Assembly: GCA_964194555.1 (NCBI GenBank)
Contig: CAXMMT010000007.1
Coordinates: 1,117-65,116 of the forward strand
Source of the DNA: an uncultured Boseongicola sp.
GTDB lineage: Bacteria; Actinomycetota; Acidimicrobiia; Spongiisociales; ZC4RG35
Reading direction: 5' to 3'
DNA length: 64,000 bases
In this document: one piece after another, positions 63,723 through 64,000 of the stretch
How positions within the stretch are numbered: position 1 is the stretch's first letter
Layout: every line of letters starts with the position of its first letter
The notes under the pieces: model-generated
What the model saw: only the letters and a program-made list of their open reading frames with translations
Database searches by the model: none
Told to the model about the DNA's origin: nothing
Made by a program: the position numbers and the translations under genes

Positions 63723-64000
63723 TTGGCCATCGACTTCACAGTTCGCACTGCCACCGGTAGTCCATGGACGCTGTCCGATCATCTCGACGCGGCGGCCGTG
63801 ATCACATTCCACCGGGGTGACTTCTGAACTTACTGCCACGGCCAGTTGGCCGTGATGGCTCAGCGACAGGGTGAATTCCTGGAGCGGGGTGCCAGGGTGT
63901 TCGGGCTCAGTGCCGATTCTCCCGCTCAGAACTCTGCCGTGATGGAAAAGCTTGCTCTTCCGTTCCCGATCCTCTCCGACGGCGAAAGAGATCAGGCGGT
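63723..64000 (+). CDS. Redoxin / peroxiredoxin-like (AhpC-TSA fold) protein with in-frame TGA at the catalytic position (candidate selenoprotein); the 3' end is beyond the window
   Basis: TTG at 63723 lies 5 nt after AAAGGAAG. The frame reads MAIDFTVRTATGSPWTLSDHLDAAAVITFHRGDF-TGA(63825-63827)-TYCHGQLAVMAQRQGEFLERGARVFGLSADSPAQNSAVMEKLALPFPILSDGERDQA. Homology-type sequence continues across the stop. Confidence 0.55.
63837..63854 (+). other. Hairpin 9 nt downstream of the in-frame TGA (candidate bacterial SECIS)
   Basis: CACGGCC-AGTT-GGCCGTG is a perfect 7-bp stem with a G/U-containing tetraloop about 19 nt from the UGA. Confidence 0.4.

Overview
64 kb of high-GC (roughly 60%) chromosomal DNA with tightly packed genes. 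Many neighbours share 4-nt ATGA/GTGA start-stop overlaps, and long antisense shadow ORFs are frequent. This gene content and style fit an Actinomycetota (possibly Acidimicrobiia-like) genome, but that is inference only. All product names come from motifs I recognise in the supplied translations. No database search was possible.

Most of the window is housekeeping or core-accessory. It holds transketolase, modABC, hutU/hutG, msrA, maf, dus, deoD, azlCD and a purine permease. It also holds several ABC exporters, two tandem S41 peptidases, a stand-alone ATP-dependent DNA ligase and a separate AEP primase-polymerase. A class II ribonucleotide reductase (nrdJ) is interrupted by a 431-aa LAGLIDADG intein.

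I found no rRNA, tRNA, CRISPR array, transposase or integrase.

The most interesting items are:
1. A redoxin gene at the right edge whose frame reads through an in-frame TGA at the catalytic Cys position, with a hairpin just downstream. This makes it a candidate selenoprotein.
2. A roughly 6.4-kb island (43.5-49.95 kb) of small or decayed genes and long non-coding gaps. It is tied together by a private repeat family: a GGCA(T/A)TATG core at six intergenic sites and three copies of a ~100-nt element bracketing a glycosyltransferase gene.
3. An ECF sigma factor translationally coupled to an Ogt-type methyltransferase that carries a C-terminal Ada-type zinc methyl-acceptor domain.
4. A tandem 54-nt-period repeat with TGTGCACA palindromes in the divergent region between a secreted transglycosylase and ridA.

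Two to three decayed genes are also present: a PPOX gene with two frameshifts, a CoA-transferase stub and a truncated ECF sigma.
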